The notes below the pieces were generated by a model. The model was not told where the DNA came from. It searched no databases and saw only the letters and a list, made by a program, of their open reading frames with translations. 64,000 nucleotides of DNA from a virus. The stretch is from the IMG/VR virus record IMGVR_UViG_3300037069_000805, positions 32,001 to 96,000 of that record. The stretch is one strand, 5' to 3'. A program made the translations under genes and the position numbers. This document shows positions 40,478 through 50,681 of the stretch, piece after piece; position 1 is the first letter of the stretch; every line of letters begins with the position of its first letter.

Positions 40478-40932
40478 ATCTTACTTATTTGAAAATGCAT
40501 ACGATCAGGACGTCCTTGCCAGTCACCACCACAATCAAAACCTGCATCTCTGAAACATTTAAGAAATCCTTCAGTAAATGGTTTTTTACCAAGTTTAATT
40601 AATTCATTATAAGATTTTCCTAATATATTATCTGAACTATTCATATCTATAGCATAACCCCAACTATGTAATGACTGTGAATTTAATCCTTTTTTCTTTC
40701 TAATATTAAAACAACCATCCCATGTTTTTAATTCTTTTACATACCCTGTAGATATTAAATTTTTAAAAGCTTGAGTTAATGGTAATATCATTTCCTTATT
40801 ACAATAAAGTTTTTTAGGTATTACACCTATTTCAAGTTCAGTAGGTATATCCCACATTATCATATAATTTCCTTCATCATTAGTTGTTAATGGATCTCCC
40901 CATTTATCAAAACATTGTTTACTTGTTACCAT
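40474..40932 (-). CDS. endolysin, M15 family Zn peptidase (L-Ala-D-Glu peptidase-like)
   Basis: SLHSWGYAIDMN, GGDW, DRMHFQ. Confidence 0.88.
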   Translation of the reverse strand: MVTSKQCFDKWGDPLTTNDEGNYMIMWDIPTELEIGVIPKKLYCNKEMILPLTQAFKNLISTGYVKELKTWDGCFNIRKKKGLNSQSLHSWGYAIDMNSSDNILGKSYNELIKLGKKPFTEGFLKCFRDAGFDCGGDWQGRPDRMHFQISKI

Positions 40933-40933
40933 T

Positions 40934-41227
40934 TTAACTCTTAATTAATGATGTTACTATTATTGTTACTATAACACCTATTGCTATAGAAACTACATAT
41001 TTTAGTTGATTTATATATATTTTCTTTTCTATTAATTGATCTTCTACATCATTTAATTTAATTTTAAGCTCAGTTACTTCTTGTTTAACATCTTTAAGTT
41101 CATGTATAAATCCTCTATTTCCATTTTCTTTATTTCCAATTAATGCTGTAGATATATTAGATATATCTTTTTGTATTTCTTTTAAATGTTGTTCCACTAG
41201 ATAAATTCTTTTATATGCTTCTTCCAT
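40934..41227 (-). CDS. coiled-coil protein with C-terminal TM helix (holin-like)
   Basis: Directly upstream of the endolysin; single C-terminal TM helix. Confidence 0.5.
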   Translation of the reverse strand: MEEAYKRIYLVEQHLKEIQKDISNISTALIGNKENGNRGFIHELKDVKQEVTELKIKLNDVEDQLIEKKIYINQLKYVVSIAIGVIVTIIVTSLIKS

Positions 41228-41255
41228 TATTTATTTTATATTGTTTTTCTTTTAT

Positions 41256-44200
41256 TTAAGGAATTACTACAAAATCAAATGCGACTGTTCCAGTTAATCC
41301 TGTTAAAAATACAACATCAAATGTTGTAGTTGTTTTATTTGTTATATAACATGGGGCAGCGGATAATACATTTAATGCTCCTGGTTGAGGAACTCTATAA
41401 TTTGTATTAGCCATTGTAGTTCCAATAGTTACTGTGAATGTAGTAGTTGCAGTTCCAACTTGTGAAAAAGTTCCTCCTATTACTTGCTGGTCTAATTGTC
41501 TTTCAGTACCACCATTAGTTGCTGTATAAAATAAATGTGTTCCACTATTTCTAATACTTCCTGCTTCTGTGGTTGCTAAGGGTGAAGATGCATCTAATTT
41601 TAATTGTCCTGTTCCAGCTGTTGTTGAACCTGACGTTATATGAACTATTGCTGTAGGAGTTGTAGTAGAACCAAACATAGCTTTACCACCTGTTTCATTT
41701 AAAAATAAATTAGATGCATAAATACTAAGGTCAGAACTGCTGTAGATTCTTGGGGCTCTTGCTCTTCTTGTATCTAATGTTAATGTATTACCTAAAGCAG
41801 TAGTTAATAATATAGAGGCATCAATAGATGCTGCCGATGTTTGTGAACCTCCTATAGTTAACTGAGAAATTCCTGTCAATGGATTTTTTATTGTTGTAGC
41901 ACCTATTTTATCAATTTTAAAAGTAGATACTCCCCCAACTTGTAAATCCATTAATAAAGCAGCTGCTCCAGAGGCAGTATTGGTTACATTAAGTTTAATT
42001 CCTGTTGGGACTCCTGTAGTATTCCATGTCTGATTAAGTTCTAGTACAGAACCTGCAAGTGAACCTGAATTTGCATTTACAGTATCTGTAATAACCATCT
42101 TGGAAGAAGCTGTAGTTTGCCCTATAGCAATATTACCACTCGCTAACATTCTCATTATTTCAGTAGCTGAACTAGCTCCTCCAGCATTAAATGTAATAAA
42201 GCCACTGGCTCCAATTGCAGCTAATGCTAATTGTCCTGATGTAGCCTCTGCATATAATGCAACACTATTTGCAGATAAATTAGTTGCAGCATTAACATAA
42301 TTAGATGCTGTTGCTAAAAATTGTCCCATCAATCCAGTTGTAGGTACTCTGAAATCAATAGAAGCATAAGATGTTGTAGCTGTTCCATTAGAGGTTTGCT
42401 CTAATGTTAAACCTTTTCCAGAGCCACCATTACTTAATCCAAAGTGATGTCTATATAATGGAGTTATATTATATCCTGTATTAGTACCATCATCTTGAAT
42501 AAGTGAATTAACTAATAAACCACTAGCAAATTTAACATGAAAATTGTTTGTACCACTATCAGCAATAGCGTTAATATTACCTGCAAGTTTTTGTATTGCA
42601 CCTAATATACTATCACTCGAAACAATAGTACCTACACCAATAGTATAACCAGTTAATGTAGAAGCAATTGTTCTTGCATTAGTATAATACAAATTACCTG
42701 ATTCAGGAACTACAGAAGTATTAAGGGTTTGAAATGTTTTATCTCCTCTCCAATATTGTAAAGTAGTTCCAGATGTAATTAAATTCTCTTTAAGAGCTAA
42801 ATCAGTATCATCAGCTAATATACCATTTCTATCTTGTAAAGTATATAATCTATCAGCAGTTAATGTTGAGCTTCTAAATGTTCTTGTGAATCCAAGATTT
42901 GTTATCCAGGATAATCTTCCAGTTGTATCAGCAAATACTTTCATTAAACCTGTTGCTGGAGTACTTGGGGTTACACTTTGTGAAGGTAATCCAATATATC
43001 CTGCTCCAGCTAAACCAGTAATACTACCTCCTATTAATGGAAAATATCTTGTATCTCCAGTGGTTGTAGTTAAAAATCCACTAGGATTTCCAGTTAAAGG
43101 ATAAGCATCTGTTATACCATATCCTGATAATGTAGTTGGTGTTCCTGTTATTTTAGTCCATGCAACATCATTAATCATTGAATTAACAACTTGTAAGGAA
43201 CCTATACTAAACACATTACCAGTAAGAGTTAAACCTGTACCATTTGTATAAGTCCCTGCTCCTGAAATTTGTACATAAGATACTGGATCTGTCCCTAAAG
43301 TATTTATACTATTAGATTGAGTCCATTGGGTATTTTTAAGAGTAGTACCATTTTGTATTAATACTGTGCTTGCTTCTACTTCAGCAGCACTATCTGCATC
43401 AACTACTCTAGTCCATGCACCTGCATTTACCTGATAAATACCATTATTTTGTGATAATATTTGATTTTTTACAAGTACTCTATTACCTACTACTAATACT
43501 ATTCCATCAATTGTTTGAGTTCCTGATAAAGTTATATTTGTAGTTGTACCTGCTCTAACAGCATTTTTCCAAGTAATGCCTGTAATAATATTATCAAAGT
43601 AAGTTTTATTAATTAAATCAAATGCACCAACTGGAGTAATAGGTTGCACTATAGCTCCACTCATAGTTCCTCCTGATAATGGAAGATAAGTTGTTGAAAT
43701 TCCAGCTAACTGTATATGTTCTGCTGGACTTAATAAACCTGCATTTGTATTTGTAGAAAGTGGCAGTATTGCATCAGTTCCTGTATCGCTGTTTACTATA
43801 CCATTAGTTGGACTAGCAGTATAAGTAAGATTTGTAACACCTGTAGTTGAAATATTTAAATTACCATTATTATCAAATAAATTACCATTTATAGATAATC
43901 CTAGATTATAATCTCCATCTAATAATGGAGTTGGAACTAATATTTCAGAATTAGATATTGGGGATTGAAATCTAAAAATTGTTCCTTTTGTTGTTGTAAT
44001 ATTTGCAGTTGATATTATTATTTCTCCAGAATTAATAGTAAAAGAACTTTGTATATTAACTTCATTATCATTTCTTTCTCCAAATAATTCAACAAAATTT
44101 GGAATTAAAAGAATACTTGTTATATTTAAATCTAATCCTGCATCTCCAAATTCTGTATGTCTTTGATATTGTCCAAATCCATCAATATAACTATCAAATA

Positions 44201-44786
44201 AAGTACTTTTACCGTCTATACTTGTAACTTCTCCATAAGGATATATTTCACCACCATTATTATATACTGATTGTAAATTTTGTGGTATAGGTAAATCTGA
44301 AATCATAGCAAAAGTTCCACCAATACCTAATTTATTTGGTAAATGAAACAATTCATCGTTTACTCCTAAATTCTCAGCATCAATAATAGCTTTCCCTAAA
44401 TTATTTCCAACATCTTGTATAAATAAAGTACCATCAGTAAGTCCTATATTTTTTCCAGTAATTTGACTTAATTGAAATCCACTATTTCCATCTAAACTTA
44501 TAAAACCAGCTATTGAACCTGTAATAAGAAAACCTCCTGCATTTAATGTAAATATATCAGATAGATCTTCAAAAGTATTACCTTGTTCACATACATTTTG
44601 TAAATTTTGTAATGCTGGTAAATCAGATGATGTTAAATATCCTGCAGGATTGGTTGTTAATGGATAAAAATTATTATCTAAATAATCTATTAGATCTATT
44701 TGATTTAATATATTTCCAGTTATTGAACCCCAAATAGAGGAACCTGATCCGTTATTTCGACCTAAAAAATTATCTATATATGCCAT
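41256..44786 (-). CDS. tail fibre / receptor-binding protein
   Basis: 1176 aa, Thr/Gly/Ser-rich; fibre modules WGSITG, LPLSGGTMSG, LSGTQTIDG..RVLVKNQ, PTTLSGYGITD. Confidence 0.85.
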   Translation of the reverse strand: MAYIDNFLGRNNGSGSSIWGSITGNILNQIDLIDYLDNNFYPLTTNPAGYLTSSDLPALQNLQNVCEQGNTFEDLSDIFTLNAGGFLITGSIAGFISLDGNSGFQLSQITGKNIGLTDGTLFIQDVGNNLGKAIIDAENLGVNDELFHLPNKLGIGGTFAMISDLPIPQNLQSVYNNGGEIYPYGEVTSIDGKSTLFDSYIDGFGQYQRHTEFGDAGLDLNITSILLIPNFVELFGERNDNEVNIQSSFTINSGEIIISTANITTTKGTIFRFQSPISNSEILVPTPLLDGDYNLGLSINGNLFDNNGNLNISTTGVTNLTYTASPTNGIVNSDTGTDAILPLSTNTNAGLLSPAEHIQLAGISTTYLPLSGGTMSGAIVQPITPVGAFDLINKTYFDNIITGITWKNAVRAGTTTNITLSGTQTIDGIVLVVGNRVLVKNQILSQNNGIYQVNAGAWTRVVDADSAAEVEASTVLIQNGTTLKNTQWTQSNSINTLGTDPVSYVQISGAGTYTNGTGLTLTGNVFSIGSLQVVNSMINDVAWTKITGTPTTLSGYGITDAYPLTGNPSGFLTTTTGDTRYFPLIGGSITGLAGAGYIGLPSQSVTPSTPATGLMKVFADTTGRLSWITNLGFTRTFRSSTLTADRLYTLQDRNGILADDTDLALKENLITSGTTLQYWRGDKTFQTLNTSVVPESGNLYYTNARTIASTLTGYTIGVGTIVSSDSILGAIQKLAGNINAIADSGTNNFHVKFASGLLVNSLIQDDGTNTGYNITPLYRHHFGLSNGGSGKGLTLEQTSNGTATTSYASIDFRVPTTGLMGQFLATASNYVNAATNLSANSVALYAEATSGQLALAAIGASGFITFNAGGASSATEIMRMLASGNIAIGQTTASSKMVITDTVNANSGSLAGSVLELNQTWNTTGVPTGIKLNVTNTASGAAALLMDLQVGGVSTFKIDKIGATTIKNPLTGISQLTIGGSQTSAASIDASILLTTALGNTLTLDTRRARAPRIYSSSDLSIYASNLFLNETGGKAMFGSTTTPTAIVHITSGSTTAGTGQLKLDASSPLATTEAGSIRNSGTHLFYTATNGGTERQLDQQVIGGTFSQVGTATTTFTVTIGTTMANTNYRVPQPGALNVLSAAPCYITNKTTTTFDVVFLTGLTGTVAFDFVVIP

Positions 44787-44787
44787 A

Positions 44788-45192
44788 TTATGGGTTTTCT
44801 ATTAAGTATTCTACTACTACTGTACTACCTGCTTTAGCAGTAAATACAACAGATGTTTGATTTAATGTAGTATATTCTGTATTTAATACAGTACCTGTTG
44901 GATAAGTTACTATAGTTGAAGATATTTGTTGTGTTATATTTCCATTAATTACCATTATTGATATTGAATGAAATGAATTTACTGGATATGATACAATAGT
45001 ATCTGATACTGGCTCATATACTTCTTGTATAAGTGTATCATAATGAGCACCTCCATTTGCACAACTATTAACTGCAGCAACTAATTCTACAAGTAATCTT
45101 AAATCACTATTTTTTATTTTATTACAATCTTGAAAAGCTATTAAAAGCTCATTAATTGTTTGAGAAATTTCATTACATTGTATTGTTGCCAT
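44788..45192 (-). CDS. putative tail/fibre accessory protein
   Basis: 134 aa within the fibre cluster. Confidence 0.5.
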   Translation of the reverse strand: MATIQCNEISQTINELLIAFQDCNKIKNSDLRLLVELVAAVNSCANGGAHYDTLIQEVYEPVSDTIVSYPVNSFHSISIMVINGNITQQISSTIVTYPTGTVLNTEYTTLNQTSVVFTAKAGSTVVVEYLIENP

Positions 45193-45205
45193 ATTTATAT
45201 TTTAA

Positions 45206-46174
45206 TTATAATTTCATTATTCTCACTCTAACCACGGATGGTTGCATATTATTAATTGCTGTAGGAGAAGAATTTCCAATTGAATTAGCAAATGTAGCAT
45301 TACCATTAGGACTAGAATCACCTGCTACTACATAAGTAGGAGTTGGAGTTCCTCCACCTGCTTGAGAAACTGGAACTGTAAGATTTAATTTTGGTATATT
45401 AGCTGCAGCTAATGTAATATTTTCTACTCCAACAACTGCGCCTATAGTAGGAAAACTATCACCATAAGCTATAACAGCTAATCCAGTATCATTTGGAGTT
45501 CCATTATTACCATTCATAATTGCCCACCCAAGTCTTAGATTTTTACCCAATCCTGTTGTAGGACCAGTAGTTACAAAATTTGCTGCAAGATAAGTATTAT
45601 CTATTACTATTTCTTTTGTATCATATTGTAATGATTCTAAATCTGTACCAGGATTACCTTGAGGTCCTTTAATATTTGTTTGAACTATATATGAACCTGA
45701 TAATTTTTTATAAACATCTCCATTCGTGTTATTTAAATAATAATCATTATCTACACCTAATCCATTACTAGGTGCACCAGCTCCATTTCTCCATGTTGCT
45801 CCATTTTCCCCAGCTGGTCCAGGTGGTAATGTACCTATTTCATCTGCTAAATTATCAGTTGTAATTTGAGTTACTTGAAAGAAATTATATCTTTTAAGAG
45901 AATAATCTACTCCAAATACTATTATATTATCTGGATATATAAAATCGGTAGGAACTAATCCTGTATTTTCTTCACCAGATGCAACTTCTCTCCATACATA
46001 ATTAGTTTTTTCTTTAAAACAATATACATTTAAATTATTATAGTATGTATATGCAAAATTATTGTCTATCCCTAAATCAGCTAATATAGATTCTTCAAAA
46101 CAATAAGTTTTTGTATCTAAAGGTATTTGTGCAGGTATTTTTAATCCTGTTGGTATATTTGTAAAATTAGCCAT
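45206..46174 (-). CDS. fibre protein with collagen-like and tail-collar-like segments
   Basis: GPAGENG, GPQGNPG; GWAIMNGNNGTP..., NNMQPSVV C-terminus. Confidence 0.7.
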   Translation of the reverse strand: MANFTNIPTGLKIPAQIPLDTKTYCFEESILADLGIDNNFAYTYYNNLNVYCFKEKTNYVWREVASGEENTGLVPTDFIYPDNIIVFGVDYSLKRYNFFQVTQITTDNLADEIGTLPPGPAGENGATWRNGAGAPSNGLGVDNDYYLNNTNGDVYKKLSGSYIVQTNIKGPQGNPGTDLESLQYDTKEIVIDNTYLAANFVTTGPTTGLGKNLRLGWAIMNGNNGTPNDTGLAVIAYGDSFPTIGAVVGVENITLAAANIPKLNLTVPVSQAGGGTPTPTYVVAGDSSPNGNATFANSIGNSSPTAINNMQPSVVRVRIMKL

Positions 46175-46176
46175 AA

Positions 46177-46644
46177 TTAATTGTATACTCTAAATTCAAC
46201 GAAAAGATTATATATAATTTCATCTGTTCCAATATCATCTACATATGTAAATAATCTAATACGTGTTGCATCAAATCTATCTGTATATGCTTGCCAAAAT
46301 TGACCTGCGGGTCCATGATTAATAATATGTCTTTCAGGTAAACATAATGTTTTATTTACTATAAAGGTATTACCACCACTAATTGTTGCAAAATAATCTC
46401 CTGCAAAATTACGAGTCCAAGTTATTGTACCTAATGTATTTTCAAAAACTGTAGCTACTGGTGCTGCAGTTCCTGTTTGTGTTAAGAATGCAGTATATAC
46501 TTTATATGGACGTTTTTCTTGATCAACATAATCAACTACATCTTTCATTCTTGTTCCTACATTAGTAGGTGAGATACTAGATGCTGTTACTTTATCTGTA
46601 ATATCTGTATCAATATTTGTTTTTATTTCTGTACTAGTTTCCAT
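46177..46644 (-). CDS. putative short fibre/decoration protein
   Basis: N-terminal helix ISPTNVG; YKVYTAFLTQTGT..P...ENTLG; C-terminal EFRVYN. Confidence 0.55.
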   Translation of the reverse strand: METSTEIKTNIDTDITDKVTASSISPTNVGTRMKDVVDYVDQEKRPYKVYTAFLTQTGTAAPVATVFENTLGTITWTRNFAGDYFATISGGNTFIVNKTLCLPERHIINHGPAGQFWQAYTDRFDATRIRLFTYVDDIGTDEIIYNLFVEFRVYN

Positions 46645-47348
46645 TAGTTAAATATATTATTAAAGATACTATTAAATATTCCATTATCAAATATATCTGT
46701 TGTTTTTTTAATTTTAAATTCCATAGTTCCATGACTATAAAAATTTTGAGATACAAATAATATTGTATTAATTGAATCTATATATACTCTATCAAAAGTA
46801 TGTGTAACATCATTATTCATTGAATCATATATTTTATATGTATCTGTATCAATAGCTTCTATTATAGCAAAACATATTCTACCAATATTAATATAATTAA
46901 TATCTTTTCCAATTTCCAATATTTCTTTAGTATAAAAAGGTTTATTTGAAAAATATCCCTGATTATCTATAAGAGAAATAATATTTTCTATAGTAGTATT
47001 AATACTTTCTTCTTGCCAATAATATATCTTATCAGTTACTGGATAATCATTACAATCTACTGAATCAGCCTGAAAGAATGGTGTTTTATATACATTCTCA
47101 TATACTTCAATAGGAGTAGTGTGACAAATATTAACAGAATGAAAATACATAGTTCTATATAAACTCATTAATTGTTTTCTTTCAATATCATTTAAGTCAA
47201 GACAACAGCCAGCTAAAAGTTTATAGATTGTATTAAAAAGATATAAATCTGTAGATTCAAGTCTTCCTGTCATTCTACCAGTATTATATACTTTATTCAA
47301 TGAACTAATGATTATAGAAGTATGATTTTTTTCATTTATTTCTATCAT
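46644..47348 (-). CDS. tail hub/structural protein
   Basis: Gene order; C-terminal IFDNGIFNSIFNNIFN repeat. Confidence 0.55.
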   Translation of the reverse strand: MIEINEKNHTSIIISSLNKVYNTGRMTGRLESTDLYLFNTIYKLLAGCCLDLNDIERKQLMSLYRTMYFHSVNICHTTPIEVYENVYKTPFFQADSVDCNDYPVTDKIYYWQEESINTTIENIISLIDNQGYFSNKPFYTKEILEIGKDINYINIGRICFAIIEAIDTDTYKIYDSMNNDVTHTFDRVYIDSINTILFVSQNFYSHGTMEFKIKKTTDIFDNGIFNSIFNNIFN

Positions 47349-47926
47349 TATAGTATTTGTTTAAATTGACTACATGTGTTACATATTACTGGTTTACATC
47401 CTGTACAATTTTCTAATCCACATAATTTTTTTAATTGTTTTATATTATCAATTGCTTGTAGATAATATCCCAAATCTAAAGATTTTTCAATTGAATCTAT
47501 TAGGAGGTTAATTGTAATTAATAAATTTTTAGATTGTAAATTATTACATGTTATACAGTCTGTTATTTCAGCTTTTAATAAATAATTTAACATACATTGA
47601 TAATATGGTAAAATATTATAAGTTATTCCTAATGCAGGAATTAAACATGTACTACATTCTTCAGAAGGTTGATCTGTTTCTAATTCAATGAAATAAATAT
47701 CCTCAAATTTAAGAATCCCTAATTCATTAGCTGAAACAATAAATACTTCTTTATTATTAACATTTTCTAATTTATAATTTAAATTAGTTGCTAAAGTATA
47801 ATCTTTAAAAGTATCTATATTCCAAAGTAGTATAGATGTTATACTATAACCAACACCAGTTTCAACATCTATTGCTAATTGTTGTCCACTATTAATTATT
47901 TGAAAATTGTTTATATTTATAGCCAT
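47348..47926 (-). CDS. Cys-rich tail hub/structural protein
   Basis: CSTC, CITC, CGLENCTGC..CNTC; follows the capsid module. Confidence 0.55.
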   Translation of the reverse strand: MAININNFQIINSGQQLAIDVETGVGYSITSILLWNIDTFKDYTLATNLNYKLENVNNKEVFIVSANELGILKFEDIYFIELETDQPSEECSTCLIPALGITYNILPYYQCMLNYLLKAEITDCITCNNLQSKNLLITINLLIDSIEKSLDLGYYLQAIDNIKQLKKLCGLENCTGCKPVICNTCSQFKQIL

Positions 47927-47942
47927 TATTAATTTTTTGGAT

Positions 47943-47975
47943 AAAAAAAAGAGGAAAGGAAAATCCCCTCCTCTT
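47943..47975 (-). terminator. intrinsic terminator
   Basis: Minus strand AAGAGGAGGGGA-TTT-TCCTTTCCTCTT followed by a T-run. Confidence 0.8.
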
Positions 47976-47996
47976 CTTTGAGTTTAATTTATTTTA

Positions 47997-49001
47997 TTAA
48001 GTTGTAGCTAAATTAGCTGGTACTGTAGCATTTGTTCCAACTGCAGTTCTAATTCTTGTTAGAATTGTATTTGTAGCTGCATTATTTGCTGGTAAATCAG
48101 TTCCTTTATCAATTGCAATTGTAAGTACTTTATATTGTCTTTCAACTGATGTTTCTACTCTTGGAGTATAATATCTAATATGTATAACATTATTAAGACT
48201 TGTTGCAGATGCATAATACGGTGTTGCAAAATCCGCAGGATAACCTACTTGTCTTGCTGGATCATATTTATAACCTTTACAGAACCATTCATAATTAAGA
48301 AGCCATTTAGCTGTTCCACTACCAGGATTGTTTCCAACAGTAGTAGTTGCAGTTAATAAACCTGTATTTTGAGTAATAGTAGTTAAATCAAATGCATTAG
48401 GGAAAGTTTTCACTATTACATCAAATTGAATTTGTCTACCATCAATTTTTCCAGGAACAACATTTTGTGCTTTACCTGTAATAGTAAACCCAACAGGAGA
48501 AGAAGTAGTTGCAGTTACAAATTCTGAATCACCTCTTTTAATTAATTGCTTTCTTAATGAACTTAAAAGTCCATCTCTGATAGCTGTATCAGTTTCTGCA
48601 GAAGCTCCTGTTACATAAAATCCTTGAATAGTATCAAAGTTTTCAGGAGATAAACCACTACCACTATACAATCTAATAGCTACTTCATAAGTAGTATTAG
48701 CTAATGCATTTCCTGTAAATCCTGCAACTGCTACAGATTTTTGTACTTCAGCTGCATATGTAGATAAAGTAATCTTTTCAACATATTTAGGGTCTACAAT
48801 ATCAGAGAATTCATATCCTCCAATTGCTGCAGCTGCTTTCTGTAGTACTTTAAAAGGTACATTAGCTGCTACTGCAGCCCCATTTCCAGATACAACTGTA
48901 AGTTCTTTATCATCGGCTGTTGCAACGAATGTTTGTGCAGTTGTTTCTGTTGCTGCAGCATTACCAATCATTACTTCACCTACTTGGTTTGGTCCAAACA
49001 T
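47997..49001 (-). CDS. auxiliary capsid / abundant structural protein
   Basis: 334 aa, Ala/Thr-rich, followed by a terminator; third gene after the MCP as in crAss-like phages. Confidence 0.65.
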   Translation of the reverse strand: MFGPNQVGEVMIGNAAATETTAQTFVATADDKELTVVSGNGAAVAANVPFKVLQKAAAAIGGYEFSDIVDPKYVEKITLSTYAAEVQKSVAVAGFTGNALANTTYEVAIRLYSGSGLSPENFDTIQGFYVTGASAETDTAIRDGLLSSLRKQLIKRGDSEFVTATTSSPVGFTITGKAQNVVPGKIDGRQIQFDVIVKTFPNAFDLTTITQNTGLLTATTTVGNNPGSGTAKWLLNYEWFCKGYKYDPARQVGYPADFATPYYASATSLNNVIHIRYYTPRVETSVERQYKVLTIAIDKGTDLPANNAATNTILTRIRTAVGTNATVPANLATT

Positions 49002-49027
49002 AATTTATTTATTTTTTATTTATATTA

Positions 49028-49759
49028 TTATTCATTTCTTTGATCAAGCTGGATTTTACTTTCCAGTCCAGATGGTTTATAATCTCTTAAAGCGAGCTCT
49101 ACAGCTCTATCTAATATTTCTTCATGTATTCCTTGATACAATTCACAATTTGTTGGTGTAGATAAACCATCAATGGTTAAATTTTCACCTGGAAATAATG
49201 AATTTAAATCTGAAAGAATAATTGGTTTTGGATATTTTATATATCTAATCTTATAATCAATTATATTGATTGGAGATATTAATTCAACTACATTTTTATT
49301 TTCAATCTTAGATATATTTAATCTCCAAATGGTTGAATAATCTGGATTTTTAAAAGGATTATCTGATTGAATATTAAATTCATCGTGTGTTTTTGGAACA
49401 ACATTTGGTTGTTTAGTAATACAGGTATTATCTAATGTAACAGTTTCATATACTATTAAAAAAACATCATCCGGAATAATAAAAAATTTAGAATTATTAG
49501 ATAAACCATTAAAAGAAACTATTTGTGTGTTAGAAGTATAAGTTTTTATTAATTCTTTTAAATCTACACGTCTTTTTTCTGAATCTTCAAATCCTTCTTT
49601 ATATTTATTTCCACCTGGATTATAATAATTTTTTATTATTTCTTGTTGTGCTTTAGTTAGATATATACTAATTTCGTAATCATCAAACCCTGGAGCACTC
49701 TGAGAAGCAATTGCATTATAATAAATATTAAATTTATTTTTAAATTCAGACAAATTCAT
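49028..49759 (-). CDS. head-tail connector (ring) protein
   Basis: YEISIYLTKAQ, FEDSEKRRVDL, YIKYPKPI, HEEILDRAV. Confidence 0.65.
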   Translation of the reverse strand: MNLSEFKNKFNIYYNAIASQSAPGFDDYEISIYLTKAQQEIIKNYYNPGGNKYKEGFEDSEKRRVDLKELIKTYTSNTQIVSFNGLSNNSKFFIIPDDVFLIVYETVTLDNTCITKQPNVVPKTHDEFNIQSDNPFKNPDYSTIWRLNISKIENKNVVELISPINIIDYKIRYIKYPKPIILSDLNSLFPGENLTIDGLSTPTNCELYQGIHEEILDRAVELALRDYKPSGLESKIQLDQRNE

Positions 49760-49761
49760 AA

Positions 49762-50610
49762 TTATTTACTTTTTGAAAGCTTAGCTTCTATTAATGACCT
49801 TACATCTTGATGTTTAGGATTATCTAAGTATTTAACAGCATTATCAAAAGATGGAGATTGTCCACCTTCACACAAATCTAATCCATCTATTGTTGAATAT
49901 TTATTACCTTTTCTAGTAATAATTTTATTATCTACTCCAAATTGAATTAATAATTTAGTATCTAATGAATCATCTTTAACTAAATCTAAAAAAGCTTTTG
50001 GTTTAGAATCAAGAAATTCTCCAACTTGTCTTTGTACCCATCCTAATGTAGAATCTTCAGAAATTGGTTTGTTAGTAAGTAAACTTAAAATTGCAGTTAA
50101 TTTTTCTTTATTATCTTTAATTTTACTATAAAGTTTAAAAGCTTCTTCTTTATTATCAAATTTATTATTTTGTTCTATTACTTCTTCATCTTCACTAGTT
50201 ATAACAAATTGATAAGTTTGTTTTTTATCTCTGTCTTTCCAACTTGGTGCAACATCATCTTTTAAACATAAAAGAATTTTGTAGGATATATAATCTATAG
50301 GATTTCTTAAATCTAATAAATTATCATCTTTATATAGTGAAACAAAATGGTCATACCAGAAGTCACCATAAACAGATAAATTTAAACCTGTTTCATTTTC
50401 TAAAAATTTCTTTTCATCATTAGTTAAAATATTTGCTAAAGAACCATTTTTTAATAATGGTAATTGAAATTTTTTAACTGCTCCAGAAAGCATTCCTCCT
50501 GAAATAACATGGTCTTCTCCTACATTTGAAGCCATTCCTTTTTTTCTTTTAATATATTTTACTACTACAGTTTTATTTGGTAGTGTAAAACCTTTTATTG
50601 TATCTTCCAT
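49762..50610 (-). CDS. conserved crAss-like protein downstream of the MCP
   Basis: 282 aa; LDLRNPIDYI; gene order. Confidence 0.65.
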   Translation of the reverse strand: MEDTIKGFTLPNKTVVVKYIKRKKGMASNVGEDHVISGGMLSGAVKKFQLPLLKNGSLANILTNDEKKFLENETGLNLSVYGDFWYDHFVSLYKDDNLLDLRNPIDYISYKILLCLKDDVAPSWKDRDKKQTYQFVITSEDEEVIEQNNKFDNKEEAFKLYSKIKDNKEKLTAILSLLTNKPISEDSTLGWVQRQVGEFLDSKPKAFLDLVKDDSLDTKLLIQFGVDNKIITRKGNKYSTIDGLDLCEGGQSPSFDNAVKYLDNPKHQDVRSLIEAKLSKSK

Positions 50611-50646
50611 TTTTTATTTAATTTCTCCCGTATTAATATTTTTATT

Positions 50647-50665
50647 AAAAGGGGCTTTCGCCCCT
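50647..50665 (-). terminator. intrinsic terminator after the MCP
   Basis: Minus strand AGGGGC-GAAA-GCCCCT-TTT (GNRA loop). Confidence 0.85.
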
Positions 50666-50681
50666 AATAAGTATTTTTGTT

